From Pedobacter sp. (GTDB lineage: Bacteria; Bacteroidota; Bacteroidia; Sphingobacteriales; Sphingobacteriaceae), in assembly GCA_965219295.1 (NCBI GenBank), contig OZ244731.1, positions 2,296,236-2,360,235 on the forward strand: a stretch of DNA of 64,000 nt, written 5' to 3'. A program made the position numbers and the translations under genes. Positions 48,790 to 58,918 of this stretch are shown here, one piece after another (position 1 is the stretch's first letter; each line of letters begins with the position of its first letter). The notes beneath the pieces are model-generated. The model did no database searches and had not been told where the DNA came from. It worked only from the letters and a program-made list of their open reading frames with translations.

Positions 48790-50187
48790 TTAAATTCCTG
48801 TCGCCATTTCTATTGCTTTGCGCAATGCGGCAATTTTATTGTTTACTTCCTGCAACTCGCTTTCTGGTATAGAGTCTGCAACAATACCTGCGCCTGCCCG
48901 ATAATGCAACTCGTTGTTTTTACTCATGAAAGTACGGATCATGATGGCGTGATTAAAATCTTCTCCGAAGCCCATAAAACCAATAGCTCCCGCATAAAAG
49001 TTCCTTCCTAAGGTTTCGTTTTCATCTAACAACTGCATAGCCTTATATTTTGGCGCGCCGCTTAAAGTTCCTGCGGGATACGTGTCTGCAACTACATTAA
49101 ACGCATGAACATTTGGTTGCAAATGGCCACCCACCTTGCTTACCAAGTGTATCAAATGAGAATAATATTGCACTTCCTTAAAAGATTTTACCTCAACCTT
49201 GTTGCAGTGTCTGCTTAAATCGTTGCGGGCAAGATCTACCAGCATAACATGTTCTGCACTTTCTTTTGGGTCAGCCTCCAATTTTTTTGCCTGCTCTGCG
49301 TCTTCTACATCATTTCCGGTTCTTTTAAAGGTACCCGCAATCGGGAAGATATCTGCATGATTGTCTTTTATGGTTATCTGTGCTTCTGGCGACGAACCGA
49401 AAAGTTTAAAGTTTCCATAATCGAAGTAAAATAAGTATGGAGATGGATTTATGGAACGTAAGCATCGATATACATTAAACTCGTCTCCTATAAAACCTTG
49501 TTTAAAAGCCCGAGATGGAACAATTTGAAATACATCGCCTCTAAAAATATGTTTTTGAAGCTTTTTAACCAATGCGATAAAATCTTCATCGGCCAAGTTA
49601 GAAGATTCCTCTCCCTTGATGTCAAATTTATATTCGGGATAGTTTTTATTCTGGATTAGGTATTGCATTTTGTCCAAACCTTCATCCTCTTCACCCTCCA
49701 AAGTGTTTTTAAAAAGGGTAATCTCATTTTTAAAATGGTCTATCGCGATAAGATATTTATATAAATGATACTGCAGTTCTGGAATTCCCTCTTCTGAAGG
49801 AGTTTCTGCTTTAAATTTTATATCCTCAAAATGCTGCACCGCATTCCAGTTGAAATAGCCGAACAAGCCGGTGCTTATAAATTTAATTTCTGGAATTTCT
49901 GTAACTTTAAACTTCTTCTTGAAGAGTTCCATCTCATTTAAGAGATTTTCCGTCTCCTTTATTTCTACGCTACCATCGGGAAAATACGTTTCTAAACTTT
50001 TGTTTTTCAAAATAATCCCTGCCATTGGGTCTGCGCAAACAAAGCTCATGGAGTTTTCTCTACTATGATAATCAGAACTTTCTAGCAAAATACTATTCGG
50101 AAAAACATCGCGCAGACGAAGGTAAATGCTTACAGGCGTGGTGGTATCAGCTAGGAGTTTTTTATATTGGGTGTTGATTTTATACAT
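48790..50187 (-). CDS. trpE: Anthranilate synthase component I
   Basis: NPSPY, SSPE, AEHVMLVDLARND and PAGTLSGAPK motifs. Confidence 0.95.
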   Translation of the reverse strand: MYKINTQYKKLLADTTTPVSIYLRLRDVFPNSILLESSDYHSRENSMSFVCADPMAGIILKNKSLETYFPDGSVEIKETENLLNEMELFKKKFKVTEIPEIKFISTGLFGYFNWNAVQHFEDIKFKAETPSEEGIPELQYHLYKYLIAIDHFKNEITLFKNTLEGEEDEGLDKMQYLIQNKNYPEYKFDIKGEESSNLADEDFIALVKKLQKHIFRGDVFQIVPSRAFKQGFIGDEFNVYRCLRSINPSPYLFYFDYGNFKLFGSSPEAQITIKDNHADIFPIAGTFKRTGNDVEDAEQAKKLEADPKESAEHVMLVDLARNDLSRHCNKVEVKSFKEVQYYSHLIHLVSKVGGHLQPNVHAFNVVADTYPAGTLSGAPKYKAMQLLDENETLGRNFYAGAIGFMGFGEDFNHAIMIRTFMSKNNELHYRAGAGIVADSIPESELQEVNNKIAALRKAIEMATGI

Positions 50188-50250
50188 TTTTTGTTATTGA
50201 TAATACAAATGATGCAAGGGATTTATTAGTCAAACTAGATTCAAAAACAA

Positions 50251-50281
50251 AAAACCCAGCGTTATGTTGCGCTGGGTTTTT
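50251..50281 (-). terminator. trp attenuator terminator
   Basis: On the - strand, AAAAACCCAGCG-N8-CGCTGGGTTTT followed by a T-rich tail. Confidence 0.8.
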
Positions 50282-50309
50282 GTTGGTTTAGGTTGATAAA
50301 ATATTTTCG

Positions 50310-50378
50310 CTATACGCACCAGGCACAAATCATTTTTAAATTGTTACGCCAAAGCCAAGTATAATTTTTGCTGTTCAT
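50310..50378 (-). CDS. trpL: trp leader peptide (MNSKNYTWLWRNNLKMICAWCV)
   Basis: 22-aa ORF with 3 Trp codons between a -7 element (TATTTTTG, 50385-50392) and the terminator. Confidence 0.75.
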   Translation of the reverse strand: MNSKNYTWLWRNNLKMICAWCV

Positions 50379-50651
50379 CTACGGCAAAAATATAAAGAAT
50401 TATGAGAATGCGAAATGTTTTTTAGAAAAGATCGGCTGCGATGCAGAAATACAAACTTTTGAGACTAGCGCAAGTGTTGGGATTCTTATCGTGGAGAGTT
50501 CAAATTTATACTATTTCGTATTGTAGGAATCAAAATTAAAATCACGACAAGGGAAAACAAAACTAAGTTCCATCAATGTCTCCTCAGCTTTATTTAGTAG
50601 CATTGGTGCAGACCACAAACCGACTTAGCAAATAATTCCTTTAATTTGTAC

Positions 50652-51818
50652 ATGTTGAAATACATCTCTGCCGATTGGATTTTCCCTGTCAGTTGCGCAC
50701 CTTTAAAAAACGGTATTATAGCGGTTGACGAAATCGGAATAATAAGAGATGTTCTACCGGCAGAGCATTCTAAAAGCATAAAAGATGATATAGAAACCCA
50801 CAGCGGTGTCATTGTTCCAGGTTTTATAAATACGCATTGCCATTTGGAACTCTCGGCGATGCTGGGAATCGTGCCAAAACATATTGGTTTGGTAAAATTT
50901 GTCGAAACTGTAATTACCAAGAGAGATCAGAACATAGAAGAAATTGAAGCTGCGATGTTTGATGCCGATGCCGAAATGAAGCGTAATGGAATTGTTGCGG
51001 TTGGAGACATTAGTAACAACCTTCTATCAAAAAAGATAAAGCTTCAGAGCGAAATTTATTACCATACGTTTATAGAAACGTTAGGTTTTAATCCGGCGAA
51101 AGCCGAAGAAATAATAGAAAATGCTATTTCTTTGCACGATGCATTTTTGCCGCTTAATTCGAGCGTAATTCCACATGCGCCTTATTCAATTTCAGCAAAG
51201 CTGATGAAATTAATAAGCGAGTTTGCATCAAAAAACAACGATTTTTTAAGTATCCACAACCAAGAGTGCAAAGCAGAAAATGTATTTTTCGAGCAGAAAA
51301 AAGGGGACTTTTTACCTTTCTTCAATTTTTTGGGGATTGATATTTCGCATTTTAAGGCGAGTGGAAAATCATCATTACAAACATTTATAACAGCGTTTGC
51401 AACTCAAAAAATGTTGTTGGTGCACAATACGTTTAGCAGCAAAGCCGATGTTAGATTTGCTGAACGAACAAATTCAAATTTGTATTGGTGTCTTTGTCCG
51501 CAGGCAAATCTGTATATTGAAAATATCTTGCCCAACGTGGAAATGCTGATGAAAGAAGGTGTAAAAATAACTTTGGGAACCGATAGCTTGGCAAGCAATA
51601 ATCAGTTAAATATTTTGGCAGAAATGCAAACGCTGCAAGAACATAAAAGCATTCCTTTCGAAAAACTCTTGACATGGGCTACAATAAACGGCGCAGCGTT
51701 CTTAAATAGAGACGCAGAATTAGGCAGCATTGAAGTTGGGAAAAAACCGGGTTTAAACTTAATTGAATTGTCTGAAGATTTTGAAATTTTGAGCGACAAG
51801 ATAGAAAAGTTGTTGTAA
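50652..51818 (+). CDS. Metal-dependent amidohydrolase (possible aminodeoxyfutalosine deaminase)
   Basis: NTHCHLE, PHAPYS, IHNQE and LGTDSLASN motifs. Confidence 0.8.
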   Translation: MLKYISADWIFPVSCAPLKNGIIAVDEIGIIRDVLPAEHSKSIKDDIETHSGVIVPGFINTHCHLELSAMLGIVPKHIGLVKFVETVITKRDQNIEEIEAAMFDADAEMKRNGIVAVGDISNNLLSKKIKLQSEIYYHTFIETLGFNPAKAEEIIENAISLHDAFLPLNSSVIPHAPYSISAKLMKLISEFASKNNDFLSIHNQECKAENVFFEQKKGDFLPFFNFLGIDISHFKASGKSSLQTFITAFATQKMLLVHNTFSSKADVRFAERTNSNLYWCLCPQANLYIENILPNVEMLMKEGVKITLGTDSLASNNQLNILAEMQTLQEHKSIPFEKLLTWATINGAAFLNRDAELGSIEVGKKPGLNLIELSEDFEILSDKIEKLL

Positions 51819-51831
51819 TTTGAAACTATTT

Positions 51832-52779
51832 ATGAACGACAAAAATCCAATTTGCAAACTTTTCGGCATCCAATATCCCATCGTTCAAGCAGGTATGGTT
51901 TGGGTAAGTGGTTGGCGTTTGGCTTCTGCGGTTAGCAATGCAGGCGGCTTGGGAATTATTGGCGCTGGTTCTATGTATCCAGAAGTGTTGCGCGAAAACA
52001 TTAAGAAATGTAAAGCGGCGACTGACAAACCATTTGGAGTAAACGTTCCGTTGCTTTATCCAAATGTGAAAGAAATTATAGATGTAATTATAGAGGAGGA
52101 GGTAACTATTGTTTTTTCCTCTGCGGGGAATCCCGCAACTTGGACACCTTTTTTCAAATCGCACCGAATTACGGTGGTACACGTAATCGCAAATACTAAG
52201 TTTGCTTTAAAAGCGCAAGAGGCAGGTGTAGATGCCATTGTTGCCGAGGGATTTGAGGCCGGCGGGCACAACGGTCGGGAAGAAACGACCACTTTATGTT
52301 TAGTCCCGATGATTTGTAATATCGTAAATATTCCTGTTATTGCTGCTGGCGGAATAGCAAGTGGGAAAGCGATGTTGGCTGCATTTGCGCTGGGCGCATC
52401 GGCGGTTCAAATAGGTTCAGCTTTTGCGGTTTCTGAAGAATCTTCCGCACATCTCAATTTTAAGGAAAGGATAATTTCATCTGAGGAAGGCGATACTAAA
52501 TTGGCGATGAAAAAGCTTGTTCCCGTGAGGTTGTTAAAAAACAAATTTGCTGAAGCAATATCGCAGGCAGAAGCAGAAGGTGCAAATAGAATTGCGTTAT
52601 TAGAACTGTTGGGAAAGGCACGTGCAAAACTCGGCATGTTTGAAGGTGATATGGAAAACGGGGAGCTAGAAATTGGACAGGTATCGGCCATGCTAAACGA
52701 AATAAAACCTGCTGCACAAATTTTGGAAGAGATTTGGCAAGAATTCCAAACCGGGCGACAAGCATTGCTTGGTTTGTAA
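51832..52779 (+). CDS. Nitronate monooxygenase / FabK-like flavoprotein
   Basis: QAGMVW, EGFEAGGHNG and AAGGI motifs. Confidence 0.85.
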   Translation: MNDKNPICKLFGIQYPIVQAGMVWVSGWRLASAVSNAGGLGIIGAGSMYPEVLRENIKKCKAATDKPFGVNVPLLYPNVKEIIDVIIEEEVTIVFSSAGNPATWTPFFKSHRITVVHVIANTKFALKAQEAGVDAIVAEGFEAGGHNGREETTTLCLVPMICNIVNIPVIAAGGIASGKAMLAAFALGASAVQIGSAFAVSEESSAHLNFKERIISSEEGDTKLAMKKLVPVRLLKNKFAEAISQAEAEGANRIALLELLGKARAKLGMFEGDMENGELEIGQVSAMLNEIKPAAQILEEIWQEFQTGRQALLGL

Positions 52780-52870
52780 ACATCCATCGCACAAGCAAAA
52801 ATTAGTTTTACTTTTGCTGCCTTCAATCTAGGTTTTCTTTTAAAAAGTAAATTTCCAAAAGAATACAACA

Positions 52871-53161
52871 ATGGCAGATAAAAAGCATTTGAACATAAAA
52901 GTGACAGGTAAAGTGCAGGGAGTGTTTTTTAGGGTAAGCACCAAAGCTGTGGCAAACCAAATGGGAATTAACGGATTTGTGAGGAATGAAACCGACGGAT
53001 CAGTTTATCTAGAAGCAGAAGGTGAAATTTTTTTGCTAGAAGAGTTGGTAAATTGGTGCAAGGAAGGACCAGATGGCGCAAAAGTAGAAAATGTAGAAAT
53101 TACAGAAAGTGAAATAAAAAACCTAATCGGTTTCGAAGTATTAAAAAAGCAAAAAGGCTGA
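52871..53161 (+). CDS. acyP: Acylphosphatase
   Basis: GKVQGVFFR, GFVRN and DGSV motifs. Confidence 0.9.
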   Translation: MADKKHLNIKVTGKVQGVFFRVSTKAVANQMGINGFVRNETDGSVYLEAEGEIFLLEELVNWCKEGPDGAKVENVEITESEIKNLIGFEVLKKQKG

Positions 53162-53226
53162 AAACATCTATCAGCAAAACAGTACAAAACTAGTCGACAT
53201 TAGTTTTGGAAATAAGCGCCACGTTT

Positions 53227-53272
53227 TCAAATCTCAAATCCGACTTCCCAAACTTTCAACTTCACGACTTCC
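53227..53272 (+). repeat. Pyrimidine-rich heptamer-period array
   Basis: TCAAATC TCAAATC CGACTTC CCAAACT TTCAACT TCACGAC. Confidence 0.5.
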
Positions 53273-53311
53273 CTCTGTAACAATTCCCACTAACCTCGCT
53301 CTAATTAAAAA

Positions 53312-53617
53312 ATGAAAGGCTTTAAAAATCTTCCGGTAGAACTAATCTTTTGGTGTACCGCCTTAGCTGCGTTAGCCATAACAAATCCAACAAACCACCA
53401 TTTTACGCTATGTCCATTGGCAAATTTAGGATTTGAGGAATGGTGTCCAGGCTGTGGATTGGGCAGGTCTATCAGTTATCTATTCCGTGGCAATTTTGCC
53501 CAATCCTTTAATCAACATTGGTTGGGAATGCCAGCTTTAGGAATCATTTTATTCCGTATTTATCAACTTTTAAGAAAGAAAAAACAGTTTATATATTTTA
53601 GCCAAATAGCAAATTAA
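53312..53617 (+). CDS. DUF2752 membrane protein
   Basis: CPL...CPGCGLGRS motif. Confidence 0.85.
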   Translation: MKGFKNLPVELIFWCTALAALAITNPTNHHFTLCPLANLGFEEWCPGCGLGRSISYLFRGNFAQSFNQHWLGMPALGIILFRIYQLLRKKKQFIYFSQIAN

Positions 53618-53620
53618 ATC

Positions 53621-54001
53621 ATGGATATATTTCAATCGCCGCTCATGTCGTTACCAGGTATAACGCCAGATGAGTACGCCTACTTACAACAGGCGACCAC
53701 AGGATTAAACGAGCAACAGCTGCGCAATTTTTTGATGGTGTATAGCAGTAAGCGCAAAAACCCATCAGACATGCTGTTGTTTTGTTTAATCGGGCTTTTT
53801 CTAGTGCCTGGCCTTCAAAGATTTATAGTTGGGCAAATAGGTATGGGAATTTTATACTTATTCACTATCGGATTGTGCTTTATAGGTTCAATTATAGATG
53901 TTGTTAACCACAAAACCTTAGCCTTTGAGCACAATCAAAAAATGATTTTTGAAAGCTTGCAGTTGGTTCGCATGGGCAGTTTTCAGCAAACGGCGCAATA
54001 G
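53621..54001 (+). CDS. TM2/NINE domain protein
   Basis: GLQRFIVGQIGMGILYLFT.GLCFIGSIID motif. Confidence 0.85.
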   Translation: MDIFQSPLMSLPGITPDEYAYLQQATTGLNEQQLRNFLMVYSSKRKNPSDMLLFCLIGLFLVPGLQRFIVGQIGMGILYLFTIGLCFIGSIIDVVNHKTLAFEHNQKMIFESLQLVRMGSFQQTAQ

Positions 54002-54100
54002 TGTTATCATTATTTGCCTTTCGGCGGATGAATTTCTTTCAACCGCCTTTAGAAGCCCAATCCGATTTTGGATGCTTATAAATTTGGTTAATTTTATGGC

Positions 54101-55198
54101 ATGAGATTATTAGAACTTACAAGCTGCCTAGAAGAAATTGCGCCACTAAATTATCAAGAAGATTATGATAATTCTGGTTTGATTGTTGGCGATTTCAATA
54201 TGGAAATAACAGCGGCGTTGGTTGCACTAGATTGTATAGAGGCGGTTGTAGATGAAGCAATAGCTGAAGGCTGTAATTTAATTATTACCCATCATCCAAT
54301 CGTATTTAAAGGCTTAAAAAAACTGAATGCCAGCTCATACATTGAGCGTGTTGTGATGAAGGCGATTAAAAACGACATCGCCTTATATGCCATCCACACA
54401 AACTTAGATAGCGTTAAACACGGAGTTAATGCCAAAATTTGTGAGCGCCTGGGGTTAACAGGCACAAAAATACTTCGGCCGAAAGGCAACTTATTGAAAA
54501 AATTAGTAACGTTCTGCCCGGTTAAACAAGCCGAACAATTACGCCAAGCGTTATTTTACGCAGGAGCGGGAAATATTGGCAATTATAGCGAAGCAAGTTT
54601 CAATATTTCCGGGATGGGAACTTTCAAAGGAAACGAGCAATCGAATCCGGTTGTCGGCGAGCGAGGTATGCAAGAACAGGTAGAAGAATTGCGGATAGAA
54701 ATTATATTTACCGGGCAACAAGAACGCAAAATTTTGTTGGCGCTCTTCGAAAATCACCCTTATGAGGAAGTTGCCTATGATATCTATCAGCTTGAAAATA
54801 CAAATCAGGACGTTGGGGCAGGTATGTTGGGCTGGTTGGAAGAACCGATGGACGCAAAAGATTTCTTGGAAATGGTAAAATACCAGATGCACGCAAAGGT
54901 AATTAGACACACTTCCATCCTTCCAAAAAAAATAAGAAAAGTTGCAGTTTGCGGTGGGGCTGGAAGTTTTCTTTTAAAAGACGCCATTACAGCGGGCGCC
55001 GATGCGTTCATTACCGCAGATTTCAAATATCACGAGTTTTTTGATGCGGAGCAAAAACTAATGATTGCAGACATTGGGCACTTTGAAACTGAACATTTTA
55101 CCTCTGATTTATTGGTGGGAATTATTAGGAAAAAATTTGCTAACTTTGCAATCCGTTTAACGAAGCAAAATACGAACCCAATAAATTACATGTTTTAA
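54101..55198 (+). CDS. Nif3-like dinuclear metal-center protein
   Basis: YDNSGL, THHP, IHTNLD, HPYEEVAYD and IGHFETE motifs. Confidence 0.9.
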   Translation: MRLLELTSCLEEIAPLNYQEDYDNSGLIVGDFNMEITAALVALDCIEAVVDEAIAEGCNLIITHHPIVFKGLKKLNASSYIERVVMKAIKNDIALYAIHTNLDSVKHGVNAKICERLGLTGTKILRPKGNLLKKLVTFCPVKQAEQLRQALFYAGAGNIGNYSEASFNISGMGTFKGNEQSNPVVGERGMQEQVEELRIEIIFTGQQERKILLALFENHPYEEVAYDIYQLENTNQDVGAGMLGWLEEPMDAKDFLEMVKYQMHAKVIRHTSILPKKIRKVAVCGGAGSFLLKDAITAGADAFITADFKYHEFFDAEQKLMIADIGHFETEHFTSDLLVGIIRKKFANFAIRLTKQNTNPINYMF

Positions 55199-55941
55199 TG
55201 GAACAAACCGTAGAACAGAAGCTGAGAGCTTTATACGAATTACAAAATATCCACACAAAAATTGATAGAATACGTCAGGTTAGAGGTGAACTACCAATGG
55301 AGGTTGCAGATTTAGAAGATGACGTTCTTGGACTGGAAACTCGTATTCAGAAAATTAAAGGAGATTTAGATGAGATGGATGATTCCATTGTGATGCGCAA
55401 AAATGCTATCAAAGATTCTCAAGCAGCTATCAAACGCTACGAAACCCAATTGAAAGAGGTAAAAAATAATCGCGAATACGATGCTTTGAATAAAGAAATC
55501 GAAATTCAGGGATTAGACATTCAGGTAGCTGAAAAAAAAATCAAGGAATTTGGGTTTGATATCACTACAAAGAACGAAACTTACGAAGCTGCTGAAGTTC
55601 AGTTGGAAAGTCGCAGAAAGGATTTGGAGATTAAGAAATCAGAACTTGATGTAATCACTTCTGAAACTGAGAAGGAAGAATCAGGATTACAAAAGAAGGC
55701 AGAAAAGGCAGAGAAAGCCATAGAAGATCGTTTGTTGATTGCCTACAAACGTTTGCGTAAAAACTCGGTTAATGGGTTAGCGGTGGTAACGATAGATAGA
55801 GATGCCTGCTCGGGTTGCTTTAATCAAATTCCGCCACAAAGACAATTAGACATTCGCCAACGCAAAAAGGTTATTGTTTGCGAACATTGCGGCCGCATAT
55901 TGGTGGATGAAGCACTAACACAAGAAGTGGTAGAGGCTTAA
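55198..55941 (+). CDS. Coiled-coil protein with a C4 zinc ribbon (DUF164-like)
   Basis: CSGC...CEHCGRIL; conserved partner of Nif3. Confidence 0.9.
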   Translation: MEQTVEQKLRALYELQNIHTKIDRIRQVRGELPMEVADLEDDVLGLETRIQKIKGDLDEMDDSIVMRKNAIKDSQAAIKRYETQLKEVKNNREYDALNKEIEIQGLDIQVAEKKIKEFGFDITTKNETYEAAEVQLESRRKDLEIKKSELDVITSETEKEESGLQKKAEKAEKAIEDRLLIAYKRLRKNSVNGLAVVTIDRDACSGCFNQIPPQRQLDIRQRKKVIVCEHCGRILVDEALTQEVVEA

Positions 55942-56122
55942 GAGCCAAACAATTTTAAGGGAATCCGGCCTTGCTTTTTAGCATGGCCGTTTTTGTTTTA
56001 AAAAAAATTTGACGAAACTTTTTCGAGATCTATTCCAATAAATTCGGTGCGATTTTAGTCGATTAAAAAGGTTTAAAAGCTTTTTATGTTAAACACCGAT
56101 TCAGAGCGTTGCGAACGTTAAC

Positions 56123-57190
56123 CTAAAATTGATAAACTATTGCATTGATGTGCATTCCCGCTCCTACAGAAGCAAAGATTGCTACATCTCCAGGCTTTAC
56201 ATTATAGCCTTCTACCTGGTTGTGCAACACTAAATCTATCAGTGTAGGGATGGTTGCAACAGAACTGTTTCCTAGCCAAGAGATGGTCATCGGAACTAAA
56301 TTTGTAGGAACCTCGTTCTTATCATAAAGCTTAAACAGGCGCTTCATTATGGCGGCATCCATTTTACCATTTGCTTGATGCACAAAAACAATATTTACAT
56401 CATCCACCGTCAATTTAGCCTTGTCCAACGCTTTTTTTATTACCTGAGGAACGGCTACAACTGCAAACTCGTAAAGCTTACGACCGTTCATTTTCAAGTA
56501 TGCATTTCCACTTCCATCATTTGGATTTGCGCTGTTGCCCATTATCAAAAGATGGCCATGATCTATGGCGTGAGTTTGCGTTTTATGGGCTAAAATACCT
56601 TTTTTAGCATCAGCTTCTTGGCCTTCGTAAATCGCCGCACCTGCACCGTCAGCAAAAATCATACTATCCCGATCGTGCGGATCGACCATCCTGCTAAGCG
56701 TTTCTGCTCCAATTACAAGTACCCGCTTTGCATCGCCACTTTTAATCAAATAATCTGCTTGGATTGAGCCTTGTACCCATCCGGGGCAACCGAAAATAAG
56801 GTCAAAAGCAACACAATCCGGATTTTCTATGCGCATCAGTTGCTTTACTTTGGCGGCAAGCGCGGGCAACATATCTATACGATTACTATCTAAATGGACA
56901 TCGCCAAAATTATGGCAGAAGATGATATAGTCGAGGCTTTCTTTGTCAATGGCTGCATCTGCAATCGCTCTTTCTGCCGCAATTAAGCCAATTCCATTGT
57001 TCAGTTGGTCATCCTCGATGTATCTACGTTCCTTTATTTCGGTTATCTCGGTAAATTTTTCAACAATATCTTTGTTTTCCTTTTTTATTTTTTCTCCGTT
57101 TTCGAAAAAGCTGTGTTGTAAAAAAGCATTGCCAGACACAATGCGCTCTGGAATATAGCTACCTGTTCCTATAAGTACAGTATTAATCAT
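56123..57190 (-). CDS. fabH: 3-oxoacyl-ACP synthase III (FabH-like)
   Basis: GCPG, HQAN and GNSS catalytic Cys/His/Asn; SVGAG motif. Confidence 0.8.
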   Translation of the reverse strand: MINTVLIGTGSYIPERIVSGNAFLQHSFFENGEKIKKENKDIVEKFTEITEIKERRYIEDDQLNNGIGLIAAERAIADAAIDKESLDYIIFCHNFGDVHLDSNRIDMLPALAAKVKQLMRIENPDCVAFDLIFGCPGWVQGSIQADYLIKSGDAKRVLVIGAETLSRMVDPHDRDSMIFADGAGAAIYEGQEADAKKGILAHKTQTHAIDHGHLLIMGNSANPNDGSGNAYLKMNGRKLYEFAVVAVPQVIKKALDKAKLTVDDVNIVFVHQANGKMDAAIMKRLFKLYDKNEVPTNLVPMTISWLGNSSVATIPTLIDLVLHNQVEGYNVKPGDVAIFASVGAGMHINAIVYQF

Positions 57191-57367
57191 ACTCTTAAAT
57201 TTAAAACCGTAAACCAAAACGGTATTGGGTATAAAAGTAGCTTTAAAAATTTATAAACGAAAATTGATTAGCACTGGGTTAATTTTCTGCTTAGGTAAGT
57301 TTTTTAAATTGATAGACAAAAAGATTATTTATCTGTGGCTTTATTGTAAAAAGCAAACCGACAAAAC

Positions 57368-58162
57368 CTAAGTTTTTCTTTCTGCTTCTAGCTCTGGCTC
57401 GTTTAGCCTAACGAGCCTTCTTTTCTTTTCCCGGTTTCTAAAAACCATATTCAACATTTCTACCCCAACCGAAAATGCCATGCCGAAATAGATGTAGTTT
57501 TTCAAATGCATATCGTGCGCGGCATTCGCATCCCAACCTTCTATAATTAAACTTAAACCTATCATTACCAAAAACGACAATGCCAACATCTTTAAAGTTG
57601 GGTGTTCATGGATAAAGGCGGAGATTTTAGGACTAAACGTGAACATAATTATCATGGCAATAATTACGGCAATAATCATTACTTCAAGATGTTTGGCAGT
57701 TCCTCCAGCAGTAATAATACTGTCGAAAGAAAAAACGGCATCTATTAACATAATTTGCACAATGGCTTGCCCAAAGCCTAAGGGTTTGCTCTTTTCATCG
57801 TCTTCAGATGGATCTTCTCCCTCTAGCTTGTGGTGGATTTCCATTACAGATTTGTAAATTAGGAACAAACCGCCTAAAAGCATTACCAAACTTGCCAAAT
57901 CGAAACCTTTGCCAAACCAAGCTTCGGGAATGATGAATTTACCTTTTTGAGAAAGCAACCAGCTTAGGCCAAATAGCATTAAGCATCTGGAAGCGATACC
58001 GGTAATCATCCAAACTAAACGACCCTTTTTCTGCGAGTTACTATCAATTCTGTTAAGAATTAAGCTCACAAAAATGACGTTGTCTATTCCAAGAACCACC
58101 TCTAAAACCGTTAAAACCAATAAGGAAGTCCATGCCTCGGGGCTCGTTAACAATTCTACCAT
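57368..58162 (-). CDS. TerC-family membrane protein
   Basis: LEVVLGIDNVIF and DAVFSFDSIITA motifs. Confidence 0.9.
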   Translation of the reverse strand: MVELLTSPEAWTSLLVLTVLEVVLGIDNVIFVSLILNRIDSNSQKKGRLVWMITGIASRCLMLFGLSWLLSQKGKFIIPEAWFGKGFDLASLVMLLGGLFLIYKSVMEIHHKLEGEDPSEDDEKSKPLGFGQAIVQIMLIDAVFSFDSIITAGGTAKHLEVMIIAVIIAMIIMFTFSPKISAFIHEHPTLKMLALSFLVMIGLSLIIEGWDANAAHDMHLKNYIYFGMAFSVGVEMLNMVFRNREKKRRLVRLNEPELEAERKT

Positions 58163-58204
58163 AAGTTCTTTTATCTAATAGGACGAAGATAGAAAATGAT
58201 TATT

Positions 58205-58849
58205 TTAATTACCTGCCCATTCTTTGAAAAAATGATCGAGATAAGTGAGCATAAATTCGTGCCGTTTTTCTGCTATCGCGCTGCCAGAATCCGTTTTCAT
58301 GGTGTCTTTTAAAAGAAGCAACTTCTCGTAGAAATGATTAATGGTGGGCGCAGAGGTATTCTTATAACTGTCTTTTGTGTGGTTTATATTTGGCTCAATA
58401 TCTGGATCGTACAACACCCGATTTTTAAAACCGCCATAAGTAAAAGCTCTGGCGATTCCGATGGCGCCCATGGCATCTAACCGATCTGCATCTTGCACCA
58501 CTTGCATCTCTTTGGATGAAAACGCCTCGTTATCAAAACTATTTTTAAAAGACATGTTTCGAATTATCTTTACCACATGCGTAATTGTATTAGACGGAAT
58601 TCGTATTGACGTTAAAAACTCACCAGCAATTTTCGGCCCCAAATCTTCATCACCGTTGTGAAATTTCGGATCTGCAATATCGTGAAGTAAAGCGGCAAGG
58701 GAAATCACCAACACATCGGCATTTTCTACTTTGTTTATGGTTAGGGCAGTTTTATATACCCGGTCGATGTGAAACCAATCGTGCCCCGCCTCGGCATTAG
58801 CTAAGGTTTTTTTTACAAAGTTGATGGTGTTATCAATTTTTTCTTCCAT
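58205..58849 (-). CDS. HD-domain phosphohydrolase
   Basis: GHDWFH, LLHDIAD and QDADRLDA motifs. Confidence 0.9.
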   Translation of the reverse strand: MEEKIDNTINFVKKTLANAEAGHDWFHIDRVYKTALTINKVENADVLVISLAALLHDIADPKFHNGDEDLGPKIAGEFLTSIRIPSNTITHVVKIIRNMSFKNSFDNEAFSSKEMQVVQDADRLDAMGAIGIARAFTYGGFKNRVLYDPDIEPNINHTKDSYKNTSAPTINHFYEKLLLLKDTMKTDSGSAIAEKRHEFMLTYLDHFFKEWAGN

Positions 58850-58918
58850 TGGCTAAGTCTTTCCCAAAAGTAGCAGAAAAATCAATCTGATAAGCAACTT
58901 TAAGTAGAACCAAATATG

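Noticed and set aside
50594-50920. 108-aa antisense ORF over the amidohydrolase start
   Set aside because: Overlaps a strongly supported gene on the opposite strand.
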